Source of the DNA: Myxococcota bacterium
GTDB taxonomy: Bacteria; Myxococcota_A; Polyangia; Polyangiales; JBCCZL01
DNA length: 60,733 bases
Direction of reading: 5' to 3'
Assembly: GCA_039187775.1 (NCBI GenBank)
Contig: JBCCZL010000002.1
Coordinates: 1-60,733, forward strand
This document shows positions 1 to 9,889 of the stretch, piece after piece. The number at the start of each line of letters is the position of its first letter. Position 1 is the first letter of the stretch. The notes beneath the pieces were generated by a model. The model was not told where the DNA came from and did no database searches. It was given only the letters and a program-made list of their open reading frames with translations. Position numbers and translations under genes: made by a program.

Positions 1-627
1 ATCCAGGCCGGGCTCGGATGTGCTCGCTGCGGAGGCCACGAGGTGGTCCGTTTGCAAGGCGTCTCGCGCTGCATCGGCTGCGGCAGCATTCTCTTCTCCT
101 GGAACTTTCGGACGGTTGCGGTCCCGGTCACCTCGGTCGAGCAATCGGCGGTTTGCCATCGCTGCGGGCGTCACTCGGCGATCGAGGCGGTCGAATCGTC
201 GGGACGCTGCGAGGGCTGCGGCGTCAGGATGGCCCTCCCGGACGCGCTCCACCACTTTCGGTTCAGCACCGAGCAAGATCACTTCCGGGCCAACACTCAC
301 GCGGCCGAACATTTGGCCGCACTGGTCCAGGCATTCCTCCTGCAACAGAACGTGATCGCCGACGTCGAGGTCTTCCGCCAGCGCGCGGGACTTCCGACGG
401 AGGCGTTCGTATTCGTAGCCGGTCGATGGTCACCGAAGCTTCTCCCCCGCATCGCACTCATGGTGGGTCGCGATGCCGCGATGCCCGCCGCGACGATCGT
501 TCGCCCCATCAGCGACAACCACGGCGAAGGCGCGGCCGCGTTTCTCGGAACCGGCTGCACCATCCTGACGACCTTTCCTGTGGTCTTCATCGGCGAGTTC
601 ACCGATGACCCGCCCCAAGTCGACTAG
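1..627 (+). CDS. Hypothetical protein with four CxxC motifs (probable double zinc ribbon), 5'-truncated
   Basis: Frame 1 is open from base 1 (IQAGLGCARCGG...) and carries CARC, CIGC, CHRC and CEGC before the TAG at 625-627. Confidence 0.65.
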   Translation: MQAGLGCARCGGHEVVRLQGVSRCIGCGSILFSWNFRTVAVPVTSVEQSAVCHRCGRHSAIEAVESSGRCEGCGVRMALPDALHHFRFSTEQDHFRANTHAAEHLAALVQAFLLQQNVIADVEVFRQRAGLPTEAFVFVAGRWSPKLLPRIALMVGRDAAMPAATIVRPISDNHGEGAAAFLGTGCTILTTFPVVFIGEFTDDPPQVD

Positions 628-631
628 CAGG

Positions 632-2698
632 CTAGAGGGTCCTCTCCGACTCGAGCGTGGAAAGGAGACTGGTGCGGTTTTGTTCCGCGATCTGGCCGCC
701 TTGGATCGTTCCCTCGATGAGCTCGTAGCCCATCAGTCCGAACACCCGTCCGCGATAGAAGAGCGGCCGGGCGTTTCCGTACCAGTCCACGCACGACACC
801 TCGCAGCGATCGTCGACCACCTGAGGTTGGGCCGCGAGAACGCCGAGCTCACGCAAGGTCAGCTGAGAGACGTCGACATAAAGAACATACGCCGAGCCGT
901 GCACGAGGTGGGCGTAGCCGGGTTGTCTCGCGCTTCGAACCGGAATCCCAAGCGTGCCTTCATCGCCTCCCCGCGCACGATAGAAGAACCCGTGGCTCCG
1001 GGTCTCGCCTTGGGCCGCCCCCGGGCGGACGTAATGGCCACCCACCGCGGGAGGCACGCTCAGCTCAAGCGCTTGAAAGTGAAGATCCCGACCATCGGTT
1101 CCCACGACCATGCCGTGCCTTCCAAGCGCCTCGATCCGATCTGCTCCACCCCCAAGCCTCGCCGCGTGGTTGGCGCCGCTCGGCCAATGGTGCAGGAAGA
1201 CGCGGTCGTCGTTGCTCACCTGCCGACGCCCCCAGCTCGCGCCGCTCCCGTAGAGAAGATAGTCGCCGACAAACCGGTTCTGCACGACGTGCGCCTCTCC
1301 TCTTGGATTGGGGAGCGCTCGATACGCACTCCGCGCCATTGCCCGAACCCGGGGCCCAAAGCTCGAAAGAGGAATCCGAAGGAGCCCAAGCGACCCCCCG
1401 GTAAACTCGGGCGACCACATCGCGTCGCCGCTCCCGCGGGCGCGAAGCACGACGAGGAGGTCCTGCTCGGTTTGGTGGAACGAGAACTGATCGATGGGTG
1501 CGCCTTCCACTTCGACCACCGCCGGCGGTCCCCCATCGAGGGGAAGGCGGAACAGTTGATTGGGCCGAGCTCGAGCTGCCGCTTCCTGCCGCTCGAGTTC
1601 AGCCTCGGGGACGAGCCCGTCGAGCTCGTAGTGCCAGTCCGCCAGCGCGGAGTGCACCCACACATAGACCGCATCCGCGGAGACATAGAAGGTCCGTCCC
1701 TCGCCACCGAGGATTCCCTGCGCTGTGCAAGAAAAGCGGGGCGCTGAAAGATCGCAGCTCACGACGGTATGAAGCGTGGACGCATCCGACTGCCCGGGAA
1801 CCCGATACACCTCGCTCGAGTCCACGATCGGCTGCCATCCCGCACCCCCGGTTCGAAGCGCCGGATAGAAGGCGCGGGGCCGGGACCAGGCGCGGCGAAT
1901 CAAATAGTGCGGCATATAGAAGACGAGCCGGTCTCCCACGAGGCGGCTCGCATAGTTCCGAGACGAGTAGTAGTCGTTGGAGCGAAGAAAATGCGTGCCG
2001 TTCCGCGTGAAGCGACCGTTCGAAGCGATGGAAAAATGCGCCAGCTCGGTCGCGCCTTCGTCGTAGCTGAAGCCGACCACCACCACCTGGCCACTCGGAG
2101 CGTGCACCAACATCTCGTCGTACCAAACGTCGCGGCGACTGCCCCGAGGACGAACGTCGATGACGTCCACCGGCGTCGGCGTCCCCGTGGAGAGCCGTAC
2201 CGAAAAGAGCCGGCCACGCCGGAGCACGAGAAGGTACTCCCCCCACGCCTTCACGATGCCGCCTTCATCGACCCCCGCGACCTGGTTGTTGGTGACCGAG
2301 TCTTCGGTCGGTTGGGCGGGTGAAGTCGCGACGGCCCGGGCGGCGGTTGACCGCATGGCCCCGCGAGCTCGTCGTTCGCGGACCTGGCGCCGAGCCACGC
2401 TTCGCCGCAGTTTCGAGAGAATGGGCGCAAGGTGACGCCGAAGTTCCACTTGCTCCAACGGAGCCCCTTCCGGTCCTGCCACCGGCGAAGCCAGCGTCGA
2501 CGCGGCCAGCTCAAGAAGCGAGGACTCGTCAGCGTGGGAGTCGGAAGCGGCCGACCGCGTCGGTGCTTGCTCCGATGTCTCCGGAGTGGCCTCGGCCGGA
2601 GGGTCGACTGTGGGGTTTACCACTTCTTCGTGTCCTTGAAGCGCGGACGAGCCACACCCGACGAGCGCTCCGAGCGCCACGATCCACCACCGGTTCAT
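632..2698 (-). CDS. Secreted beta-propeller domain lipoprotein (Beta_propel/PF09826-like)
   Basis: Lipobox LVGC; TNNQVAGVDEGGIVK signature; C-terminal CEVSCVDWYGNARP. ATG at 2698 preferred to TTG at 2704. Confidence 0.85.
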   Translation of the reverse strand: MNRWWIVALGALVGCGSSALQGHEEVVNPTVDPPAEATPETSEQAPTRSAASDSHADESSLLELAASTLASPVAGPEGAPLEQVELRRHLAPILSKLRRSVARRQVRERRARGAMRSTAARAVATSPAQPTEDSVTNNQVAGVDEGGIVKAWGEYLLVLRRGRLFSVRLSTGTPTPVDVIDVRPRGSRRDVWYDEMLVHAPSGQVVVVGFSYDEGATELAHFSIASNGRFTRNGTHFLRSNDYYSSRNYASRLVGDRLVFYMPHYLIRRAWSRPRAFYPALRTGGAGWQPIVDSSEVYRVPGQSDASTLHTVVSCDLSAPRFSCTAQGILGGEGRTFYVSADAVYVWVHSALADWHYELDGLVPEAELERQEAAARARPNQLFRLPLDGGPPAVVEVEGAPIDQFSFHQTEQDLLVVLRARGSGDAMWSPEFTGGSLGLLRIPLSSFGPRVRAMARSAYRALPNPRGEAHVVQNRFVGDYLLYGSGASWGRRQVSNDDRVFLHHWPSGANHAARLGGGADRIEALGRHGMVVGTDGRDLHFQALELSVPPAVGGHYVRPGAAQGETRSHGFFYRARGGDEGTLGIPVRSARQPGYAHLVHGSAYVLYVDVSQLTLRELGVLAAQPQVVDDRCEVSCVDWYGNARPLFYRGRVFGLMGYELIEGTIQGGQIAEQNRTSLLSTLESERTL

Positions 2699-2853
2699 AC
2701 CCAATCATACGCCGCTGACCGACGGAACCTTGGGTCGATCGATCGCTCGGAACCGCCTCAGCAAGTGCGAATCTCCGATGGACTGAGCCGCGAAGGTCGG
2801 CTCCGGACACCCTAGAGTACGCCTGGCCGACATTGGCTGGAACAGGGAGGGTC

Positions 2854-4062
2854 ATGTCACGAGCAGCCGAGCCTGCGCGCGAAGCGCCGGGATCTGTGCG
2901 GTCACACGCCGTTGATGTTCTACGAGGAGTCGCGGTGCTAGCGGTGATGGGCTCCCACCTTCCGTTTTCCGTAGGAACCGAAACCGGCGGAGGCGTCTTC
3001 CCCGGGGGGTGGTTCACTTCGATCGCCGGGTACGGCCAGTACGGCGTTCACCTATTCTTGGTGATCTCCGGCTTCTGCATCCACTTGCGATGGGCGCGGC
3101 TCGCCGACCCCACAGTCTCCATCGATTTCGCCGGGTTCTGGAAGCGCCGCCTCGCCCGGCTCTATCCGCCCTACCTACTGGTTGTCTTGGCATCGTTCGC
3201 CGCGGTGCTCAGCCTGGCGAGCGTGATCGGAACACCCGGGAACGACTCAGTCGGCGCGCGATTCGGCTACGACAGCACCGCGCTCCTCTTCACGGATGCG
3301 TTGCTGTTCACGGTGATGGCGCAGAATCTGAACGGTGCATCACACCGCGTCGGCAACGGCCCCCTCTGGTCCCTCGCACTCGAGGAGCAGCTCTACCTGC
3401 TCTATTTTCCACTTCTCCGAATCCGCCGTTGCTATGGATGGCGAGTCGTGTTGGGGTCAACGTTCGCGGTCACCGTCGGCTGGCGCCTTCTTGGACTCGT
3501 GCTTCCCTGGGTCGAGCAAGGCTTCGGTTGGTTCCTCCTCGGCCCAGCGTTTTGGTTTCCCTGGGCGCTGGGAGCCTACGCCGTCGAGGTCTACCTCGGT
3601 CACGAGCGCCCTCCGAAGTGGCTGATGAGCCCGCTATTCTTTGTCGGCCTTCTCGCGGTGGGAGTGCTGTGTGACCCGCCGCACGGAGCGAGCTGGGAAC
3701 TTCGGGAAGTGAAGCTCGTTCTTGGTCACCTGGTGTTTGCCGCGGCGGGGTTTTGGCTCGTCTTGACGTGGACGTCCCGCGAGCGAACACGAGGGTTTCG
3801 ACACTCCTGGCTTGGTGACACGCTGCTCCGCGTCGGGATCATGAGCTACAGCCTCTATCTGACGCACCAACCCGTGTTCGTCATCAGCAAGCGACTCGCC
3901 CTCGCGGTCGGGCTGCCGCCCGCAGGGGCCCTGGCGATTCGTGTGATCGCCGCCTTCGCCGTAGCGATCGTCTTCTATCGATGGGTCGAGCTTCCGGCGG
4001 TTCGCTACGCGCGACACGTCCGAGTCCCGATGCGTAAGGCTCCCACACCGCATCGAGGATGA
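2854..4062 (+). CDS. Acyltransferase-3 family membrane O-acyltransferase (OafA/YrhL-like)
   Basis: DVLRGVAVLAV..H, GVHLFLVISGF, FWKRRLARLYPPY, LWSLALEEQLY and SYSLYLTH motifs; GGGAGG RBS before ATG 2854. Confidence 0.92.
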   Translation: MSRAAEPAREAPGSVRSHAVDVLRGVAVLAVMGSHLPFSVGTETGGGVFPGGWFTSIAGYGQYGVHLFLVISGFCIHLRWARLADPTVSIDFAGFWKRRLARLYPPYLLVVLASFAAVLSLASVIGTPGNDSVGARFGYDSTALLFTDALLFTVMAQNLNGASHRVGNGPLWSLALEEQLYLLYFPLLRIRRCYGWRVVLGSTFAVTVGWRLLGLVLPWVEQGFGWFLLGPAFWFPWALGAYAVEVYLGHERPPKWLMSPLFFVGLLAVGVLCDPPHGASWELREVKLVLGHLVFAAAGFWLVLTWTSRERTRGFRHSWLGDTLLRVGIMSYSLYLTHQPVFVISKRLALAVGLPPAGALAIRVIAAFAVAIVFYRWVELPAVRYARHVRVPMRKAPTPHRG

Positions 4063-4150
4063 ATCGAGCGCTGGGACTGCCCCCGCGCGTTTAGCGTCCG
4101 AGTAGAGCGGGGTCTTTACCGTCGCGAGTTCATGGGACGCGACAAGCCCG

Positions 4151-5281
4151 CTACTGGAACGGGTCGCTCCAACGCGGATCGGTGAGGACCGTTTCGTCGG
4201 TCAGGCTTCGGAGAAACTCGAGCATGTCGGCCTGCTCCTCGGGCGTCATATCGAAGCCGTGAACGAAAATGTTCTTGTTGGGGTTTTCCCGGCCATCGCC
4301 CACGTAAGGGCCCTCCGTCACATTCCGGCCCGCCGCGGCGTAGACCGCGAGGACATCTTCGAGGGTCTCCACGCTGCCGTCGTGCATGTAGGGCCCGGTC
4401 ACCGCGATGTTTCGCAGGGTCGGCGGCTTGAAGCGCCCCATGTCCGCTCGGCCGCCGGTGATTTCAAAGATCCCCGTGTTCTCGGGCGGGTACGCGCCTC
4501 GGCCGTCGACGTTGTAGAGACCGTTGTTGAAGAACACGGCTTCTTCAAACACGACGCCTGAGTGGTCCACCGAAGACGAGAAGTTGAAGCTGCCGTGGCA
4601 GTGAAAGCAGTCGAACTTCTCTCCGAAAAAGAGCTCCGCCCCGCGGCGGGCAGATTCGGTGAGCTCGCCTCGGTCGTAGGGCGAATCGGCGCTGATGATC
4701 GAACGCTGAAACGCTCCCAGCGACCGAACCACATTCTGCACGGTGATCGGCGCGGGCTCATCAGGAAACGCCTCCGCAAACATCGCCGGATATCGCGCGT
4801 CGGCGGTCAGTCGCTCCACGAGAAGCTCTTCCTGACCCGCCATGCCGAGTTCGACGATCGGCGACTCCCCAAAGATCGGCAGCAGCGCCTGCTCCTCGAG
4901 GTTGTTGAGCAACGGGTTGGCCCAAGTTAGCGTCGCCTGGTAGGCCACATTCACGAGGCCCATCGATCCCCGCGGATGAATCTCCCCGGTAGAGCCCTCC
5001 GCGAGCGCGAGTCCGTCGGTGAATGCAAGGTCCTGCTGGTGGCAGCTCCCGCAAGACTGGGTTTCGTTGAGCGAGAGACGCGTGTCGTAGAACAAGAACC
5101 GGCCGAGTTCCACCTTGGCGTTGGTCATCGGGTTGTTCGCCGGGACGCGCGGTTCGGGAAACCCCTCCGGCAGATTCCACTCCCAGCCCTGAGGGTCGAC
5201 CATCGCTTCGTCGGAGTCCCCCCCGCAGCCCCAGAAGGCCGCGAGGCAGAACAAAAGCGAGAGCCGACCCGGAAACGCCAT
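4151..5281 (-). CDS. mbnH: MbnH-family di-haem enzyme (bCcP/MauG superfamily), lipoprotein
   Basis: Haem motifs CGSCH and CFHCH; [21 protein letters not shown] and [20 protein letters not shown]; directly downstream of an MbnP gene. Confidence 0.9.
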   Translation of the reverse strand: MAFPGRLSLLFCLAAFWGCGGDSDEAMVDPQGWEWNLPEGFPEPRVPANNPMTNAKVELGRFLFYDTRLSLNETQSCGSCHQQDLAFTDGLALAEGSTGEIHPRGSMGLVNVAYQATLTWANPLLNNLEEQALLPIFGESPIVELGMAGQEELLVERLTADARYPAMFAEAFPDEPAPITVQNVVRSLGAFQRSIISADSPYDRGELTESARRGAELFFGEKFDCFHCHGSFNFSSSVDHSGVVFEEAVFFNNGLYNVDGRGAYPPENTGIFEITGGRADMGRFKPPTLRNIAVTGPYMHDGSVETLEDVLAVYAAAGRNVTEGPYVGDGRENPNKNIFVHGFDMTPEEQADMLEFLRSLTDETVLTDPRWSDPFQ

Positions 5282-5295
5282 GCGATGACTCTAGG

Positions 5296-6204
5296 CTATT
5301 CTAGGCGAAAAAATGACTGGGGGGTCGCGCCGGGCATCCCGCTCTGAAAGTCGAGCCCGAGCTTTGGAAACACCGGGCCACAGTCGCCTTCGTCGTTGGG
5401 AAAGGACTGGCAGCCGGGAGGGGTCATATCGGTGTTCATGGTGAGGTCGGCATCCGCCACGAGAGGGGCGAGGTCTGCAACGATAACGCTGGAGGCGATG
5501 TCGAAGTTGGTCAAGGAAACGTCTGCCCGGTTCGGTCGTCCGCACTCCGCGGTCGGGGGCTCCATCGGGCCGCCGCTCGAGCACATCGTCGAACCGAGGT
5601 GAACATTGTAGCCGCCCGCGCCGACCCCAAGATCGATCCGGAGGAACTTGTAGCCCCCCTGCCAGACCCAGAACATCCCGCTGATATTGAACGGAGAGTC
5701 GGCGTCGGCGACGTTCTGATGGTTCATCGAGAAGGGAATGCCCATCGTGAAGCGGACCTCGTTGTAGTCGCCTTCGGCCACCGTCCCGACGACCGTCGAC
5801 CGGAGGGCCGAGTTGCCCATCATGCAGTCGGCGCTTCCGTCTTCGAAGTCGAGAAGCGCGACATCCTCCCGCTGGAACATCCCGTCCTGCTCGAGAGTCA
5901 CCGGCACCTCCGTTCCCGCGGAGTTCACGAGTCGAATGTTCGAAACGTAGAAACGGAAGTCGGCTCCCACCGCGTCGCTGTTCGCGGTGCCCAGGCCCGA
6001 GTAGGTCGTCCCACAGCTGAAGTCCATGTCCCCAACCTTTGCCGCAAAGTTCAGGGTGACGGGAGTTTCCGCGCCACTGGCATCGCCGTCGGGGGTACTG
6101 CCGTCCGGGGGATTGGCGTCCGCGGGACCGGGATCATCGTCGTCACCACAGCCAGTCATCGGGAGCGCGAGCGAAAGGGCACACAAGATCACACTAAGAC
6201 GCAT
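5296..6204 (-). CDS. mbnP: MbnP-family copper-binding lipoprotein
   Basis: Lipobox MTGC; DFRFYVSNIRL, ALLDFEDG, WxW motif in MFWVWQGGYKFLR, and HLGSTMC; paired with MbnH. Confidence 0.9.
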   Translation of the reverse strand: MRLSVILCALSLALPMTGCGDDDDPGPADANPPDGSTPDGDASGAETPVTLNFAAKVGDMDFSCGTTYSGLGTANSDAVGADFRFYVSNIRLVNSAGTEVPVTLEQDGMFQREDVALLDFEDGSADCMMGNSALRSTVVGTVAEGDYNEVRFTMGIPFSMNHQNVADADSPFNISGMFWVWQGGYKFLRIDLGVGAGGYNVHLGSTMCSSGGPMEPPTAECGRPNRADVSLTNFDIASSVIVADLAPLVADADLTMNTDMTPPGCQSFPNDEGDCGPVFPKLGLDFQSGMPGATPQSFFRLE

Positions 6205-6317
6205 AAGTCCTCCAACATTTCATGTAGCAAATCCCGAATCCTCGTTCCCGAGGCATTTTGTCGCACCGCGCTTCGGGACCGGTCGGTCTCGCGCTCGTCC
6301 CCACGCTCGTCCCCACA

Positions 6318-7751
6318 CTAGAGCTCGTGGATCAGCGGAAGTACGAAGAGTACGTACAGCACGGCGAGAAGGATCTGCATTCCCGCATAAGGGAGCGCCG
6401 CTTTGACAAAACCTGCGAAACTCATCGGCACGCCCTGCTTGTGCATGATGGTGACCGCAACCACGGTGCTCGCCGAGCCGATCGGCGTCAGGTTGCCTCC
6501 GAGGTTCGCCCCGAAAATCACCGCCCACCAAAGCCCTGAATCGCCAGGGGTTTCGAGTCCGGCCAGGATCTTGGCGAGCATCGCCGCGAGCGGAATGTTG
6601 TCGGTGACCGCCGAGAATCCTGCGGCGGACACGAGGGTCGCCGCGGTTCCCGCCATGGGCCCGAGGCCGATCATCGCTTCGAGGCCCTGGCCGATGAGCG
6701 TGAGTACCTGCGCGTGCTCCATCACGTTGATCACCACGAACAGGAACACAAAGAACAGAAGCAGGTCCCAATCGAGGGCCCGATAGAACTTGTCGACGCT
6801 GCTCTTGAACCGAAGCAGCATGATCACACCGAAGGCGATGGCCACGAACCCCATGCCGAGGCCGTCGCGGCCGTCCTCCGTCGGGCCTACCCACGGCAGC
6901 ACGCTCGTCGTGGCGATGAGAATGATAAAAAGGATCGTCATCGCGGCGGCGAAGTTGAAGAATCCACGACTCTCGATCCCGTCGTTCTCATCGAAGCCCG
7001 CGACCAGCTCGGCCGCCGCTTTCTGTTCTTCTTCACCCCGAAGCGGCCGGATTCGGAACAACCGGGCGCCCATGAACAGGGTGGCGGCGGTCGCGGCGAT
7101 CACGAAGGGGCTCGCGGCGATGAAGAACGACACGAAGCTGATCCCTGCGGTTTGTCCGACGATGATGTTGGGAACCGAGCTAATCAGCGTGAGAAGGCCT
7201 CCGATGTTCGTGAGAAGGCCTTCGATGAGAAGAAACCCGAGGAGCTTTTCGTCCTGGCCGAGCTTTCGGAGCGACACCCCGGTGAGCGAACCGACGATGA
7301 TCATCGCGGTTACGTTGTTGAGGACCGCCGAGAACACGACCGTCATGATCCCGTAGTAGATCAGCAGGCGAAGCGGATCGCCGGCCGACGCCTTGGTGAG
7401 TTTGATCGCGATCCAGGTAAAGAGACCGCTCTTGGCGGTCACGTCGACAAACAGACTCGAGCCAAAGATGATCGCGATCACTCCCCAGTCCACCGCCGGG
7501 ATGTACACGGGAACGTTGAGCGAATCGCCGAAGGCGTTTTCGACTGGTCCAAAGGGAAGCAAGTCGAACGCAGCTCCGAGGAGCAGGCTTACGACCGCGT
7601 AGAATCCGGTGATCAGCGACTTCTTCGCGTGGATCTTCTCCTCGAACGCGAGCGTGAGAACCATCGCGAGAAGCACCCCCGCGAAGAGGAGGGTGACGGT
7701 GAGCGATGTCTCGTGGTGCCCCGCTTCGTGAGCCTGAAGGAAGATCGGCAT
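6318..7751 (-). CDS. ArsB/NhaD/SLC13 (ion transporter superfamily) permease
   Basis: About 12-13 hydrophobic segments; SAVLNNVT, NIGGLLTLISSVPN, SAVTDNIP and GANLGGNLTPIGSAS motifs. Confidence 0.9.
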   Translation of the reverse strand: MPIFLQAHEAGHHETSLTVTLLFAGVLLAMVLTLAFEEKIHAKKSLITGFYAVVSLLLGAAFDLLPFGPVENAFGDSLNVPVYIPAVDWGVIAIIFGSSLFVDVTAKSGLFTWIAIKLTKASAGDPLRLLIYYGIMTVVFSAVLNNVTAMIIVGSLTGVSLRKLGQDEKLLGFLLIEGLLTNIGGLLTLISSVPNIIVGQTAGISFVSFFIAASPFVIAATAATLFMGARLFRIRPLRGEEEQKAAAELVAGFDENDGIESRGFFNFAAAMTILFIILIATTSVLPWVGPTEDGRDGLGMGFVAIAFGVIMLLRFKSSVDKFYRALDWDLLLFFVFLFVVINVMEHAQVLTLIGQGLEAMIGLGPMAGTAATLVSAAGFSAVTDNIPLAAMLAKILAGLETPGDSGLWWAVIFGANLGGNLTPIGSASTVVAVTIMHKQGVPMSFAGFVKAALPYAGMQILLAVLYVLFVLPLIHEL

Positions 7752-7758
7752 GAAGGGA

Positions 7759-8619
7759 TCAGATCATCAAGATCGGCTTATCGCGGAGCTCGATCGCCAG
7801 GAGATACACCGCGCCGTGCAGGGCAACCTGGTCTTCCGAGTTGGTGTGGAACGCCAAGAGATCGATCGCGTTTTCCTCGAGAAGCCCGCGGTAGTCCCGC
7901 ACCCGATGCCCGGTTCGCACGACCTTTTCTACGCGGATCGCCAGGTCGCTTTCCTCCAGCACCGAACGAACGCTGCGAATGTAGTCCCGCGGCTCTTTGA
8001 GCAGCTGCTTGAGGATCTCCTCTCGGGCGTTCTCGGTATCGATCGAAGGAACGCGCGAGATCGTGTCGATGTAGCGCGCGAACACGACGTCGTCCTCGAC
8101 GTGGGTTAGCCACAGGGTTCCGTTCGGCGCGGTCATTCGAACGCCCCAGTTCACGAGCGCATCGTCGCCGGCCAGATGATCGGTGACCACCATTACGTCC
8201 GATGTCTCCCGGTCCTTCCAGCCGAGGTCCGGCACCTCGTGCGGGTTGGGCAAGATGAGGACGGGGTAGCGGGTCTCCCGCGTGAGCACATTGAGAAACA
8301 CGCCGAGGCTATACGGCCAGCGCCAGGATCCATCTTTGAGGTTCCGGTAGGCGCAGATCAGATCGGGCTCCTCTTCTTCGACCCGCTTGAGCAGGCCGTC
8401 TACGTCGTCGTAGTCCGTGTCGGCGAGCTCCACCCAGACCACCTCGCCGAGGGCCCGGGCGTAGTTCTTAGCCGCAGAGAGGTAAGTGTCCTGGGAGATC
8501 GATGCCCCATCGCCAAGGTCGGTGACAATGACGATCTTCTGAACCTCGGGCACCGCGAGACGGAACGGCACTTTATCGGCGGACCGGAACTGGCTCTCGA
8601 ACTCGTCGACGGACAGCAT
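7759..8619 (-). CDS. Tandem universal-stress-protein-like protein
   Basis: Probable start MLSVDEFESQ at 8619; KIVIVTDL and DVMVVTDH openers, and YPVLIL and KPILMI closers, define two USP-like domains. The ORF-track extension to 9519 overlaps Hsp33. Confidence 0.75.
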   Translation of the reverse strand: MLSVDEFESQFRSADKVPFRLAVPEVQKIVIVTDLGDGASISQDTYLSAAKNYARALGEVVWVELADTDYDDVDGLLKRVEEEEPDLICAYRNLKDGSWRWPYSLGVFLNVLTRETRYPVLILPNPHEVPDLGWKDRETSDVMVVTDHLAGDDALVNWGVRMTAPNGTLWLTHVEDDVVFARYIDTISRVPSIDTENAREEILKQLLKEPRDYIRSVRSVLEESDLAIRVEKVVRTGHRVRDYRGLLEENAIDLLAFHTNSEDQVALHGAVYLLAIELRDKPILMI

Positions 8620-8639
8620 CGACGGAGAGACTAGCGACG

Positions 8640-9500
8640 TCAGGAACCGGAGAGAAGACCGCGAAGCTGCTCGGCGCTCACATGGAACGTCTTGTTGCAG
8701 TAGTCGCAGGAGAGCTCGATGCTCGGATCGCTCATCAAGTCTTCGAGGTCGGCGCGGCCAAGGGTAGAAAGGCTCGCCATCACCCGGACCTGACTGCAAT
8801 TGCACGCGAAGCGGAGCGGCGAGGTTTCGAGGACGGTGTAGTCCATCCCGTAAAAGAGCTCGCTCACCAGCGTCTTGGGATCCTTCGCGGCGCTCGCGGA
8901 AAGTGTCTCGATCGACGCGAACTCCTTGAGCCGCTCGGTCATGACCGCAAGCTGGGTTTCGGAGAGCTCGGGCAGAAGCTGCACCAAGTAGCCGCCGGCC
9001 CAGCGGACGGTCGTGCCTTCCATCTTCACGCCGACCGAAAGCATGCTCACCACCTGTTCGGACGTCTGAAGATATGCCATCAGCGCATCCGCCACCCGCC
9101 CGCTCGCCGGCACCTCGACCATGCCTCGATGAAGCGAACCGTTCGGCAACGATCGCATCATCTGCAGCACCGCGCCCCGGAGCTTGATGGGGTTTTTGTC
9201 GCGCTGACGAACGAGCCCGCGAGACGTCCCGTCCGGATGCGAATCGGCCACGAGCTGGCCGCTCCTGTCCGCGCCCTGGAGGATTCCCTGCACTCGAAGT
9301 GTCGGGGCCATGGTCTCTCGGTACAGAATCGTTCCGGTGAGCAACTCGCCAAAGACGCGCAGCACGTCTGCACCGGCGTCCTGAGTCTCCGTCGCGCCAC
9401 CGACCGACTCGGAGGTCAGGGCCGCAACCACTCGAAGGCCTCCGTCGTCGGTCATCGCCCGAACTACGCTGTCGCTTTCGACCACGGATTGCCATCGCAC
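8640..9500 (-). CDS. hslO: Hsp33 redox-regulated chaperone
   Basis: YLQTSEQ, AGGYLVQLLP and zinc switch CNCS...CDYC; start may be GTG at 9500 or 9485. Confidence 0.93.
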   Translation of the reverse strand: MRWQSVVESDSVVRAMTDDGGLRVVAALTSESVGGATETQDAGADVLRVFGELLTGTILYRETMAPTLRVQGILQGADRSGQLVADSHPDGTSRGLVRQRDKNPIKLRGAVLQMMRSLPNGSLHRGMVEVPASGRVADALMAYLQTSEQVVSMLSVGVKMEGTTVRWAGGYLVQLLPELSETQLAVMTERLKEFASIETLSASAAKDPKTLVSELFYGMDYTVLETSPLRFACNCSQVRVMASLSTLGRADLEDLMSDPSIELSCDYCNKTFHVSAEQLRGLLSGS

Positions 9501-9604
9501 AGCTGAGACGCGGGTTCAAGGGAAACGGCGCGCGGTTTGACCAGGGTCAGGCTCCGGGAGTATACGGGCGCCCCAGTGTAGGGAGCCCTATCACGAATAG
9601 TTGA

Positions 9605-9765
9605 ACCACAACCGGTGCGTGCTGACGGGAAGTTCGGTGAAGAACCGACGCGGCCCCCGCCACTGTGACCGATGACGACAAAGACACGGCCCTCGGGCCA
9701 GCCACTGGCGAATGCTGGGAAGGCGTCTGCGAAGGATGATTCGGAAGCCAGGAGACCGAGCACGG
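9605..9765 (+). ncRNA. Cobalamin (B12) riboswitch
   Basis: Conserved elements in order: GGGAA-gttcggtg-aa-gaaccg, CCCCGCCACTGT, GCCACTG, GGGAAGG, and B12 box AAGCCAGGAGACC, in the 5' leader of CDS 9890. Confidence 0.95.
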
Positions 9766-9889
9766 ACCCACCGCGACGGGCGCCCGGGGATGGGCGCAAG
9801 ATGCGGCTCTCTGGGTAGTTGTGTTCGACCCGGTGCCCGTTGCAAGTGCGACTCCGTGAACCGACGGAGCTGCGTGCGGGAGGCACACG

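Noticed and set aside
1-429. Open minus-strand frame running off the left edge
   Set aside because: It has no motif and is bounded by a stop at 430; the plus frame with four CxxC motifs is more credible.
4151-6204. Methanobactin biosynthetic cluster
   Set aside because: No mbnA, mbnB, mbnC or mbnT in the window; MbnP/H pairs occur independently.
6285-6316. Direct repeat CGCTCGTCCCCA x2 after the permease stop
   Set aside because: Only two short copies with no evident function.
8620-9519. 586-aa ORF 7759-9519 as one protein
   Set aside because: The first ~300 aa overlap Hsp33 in another frame and are Arg-rich noise; the credible start is 8619.
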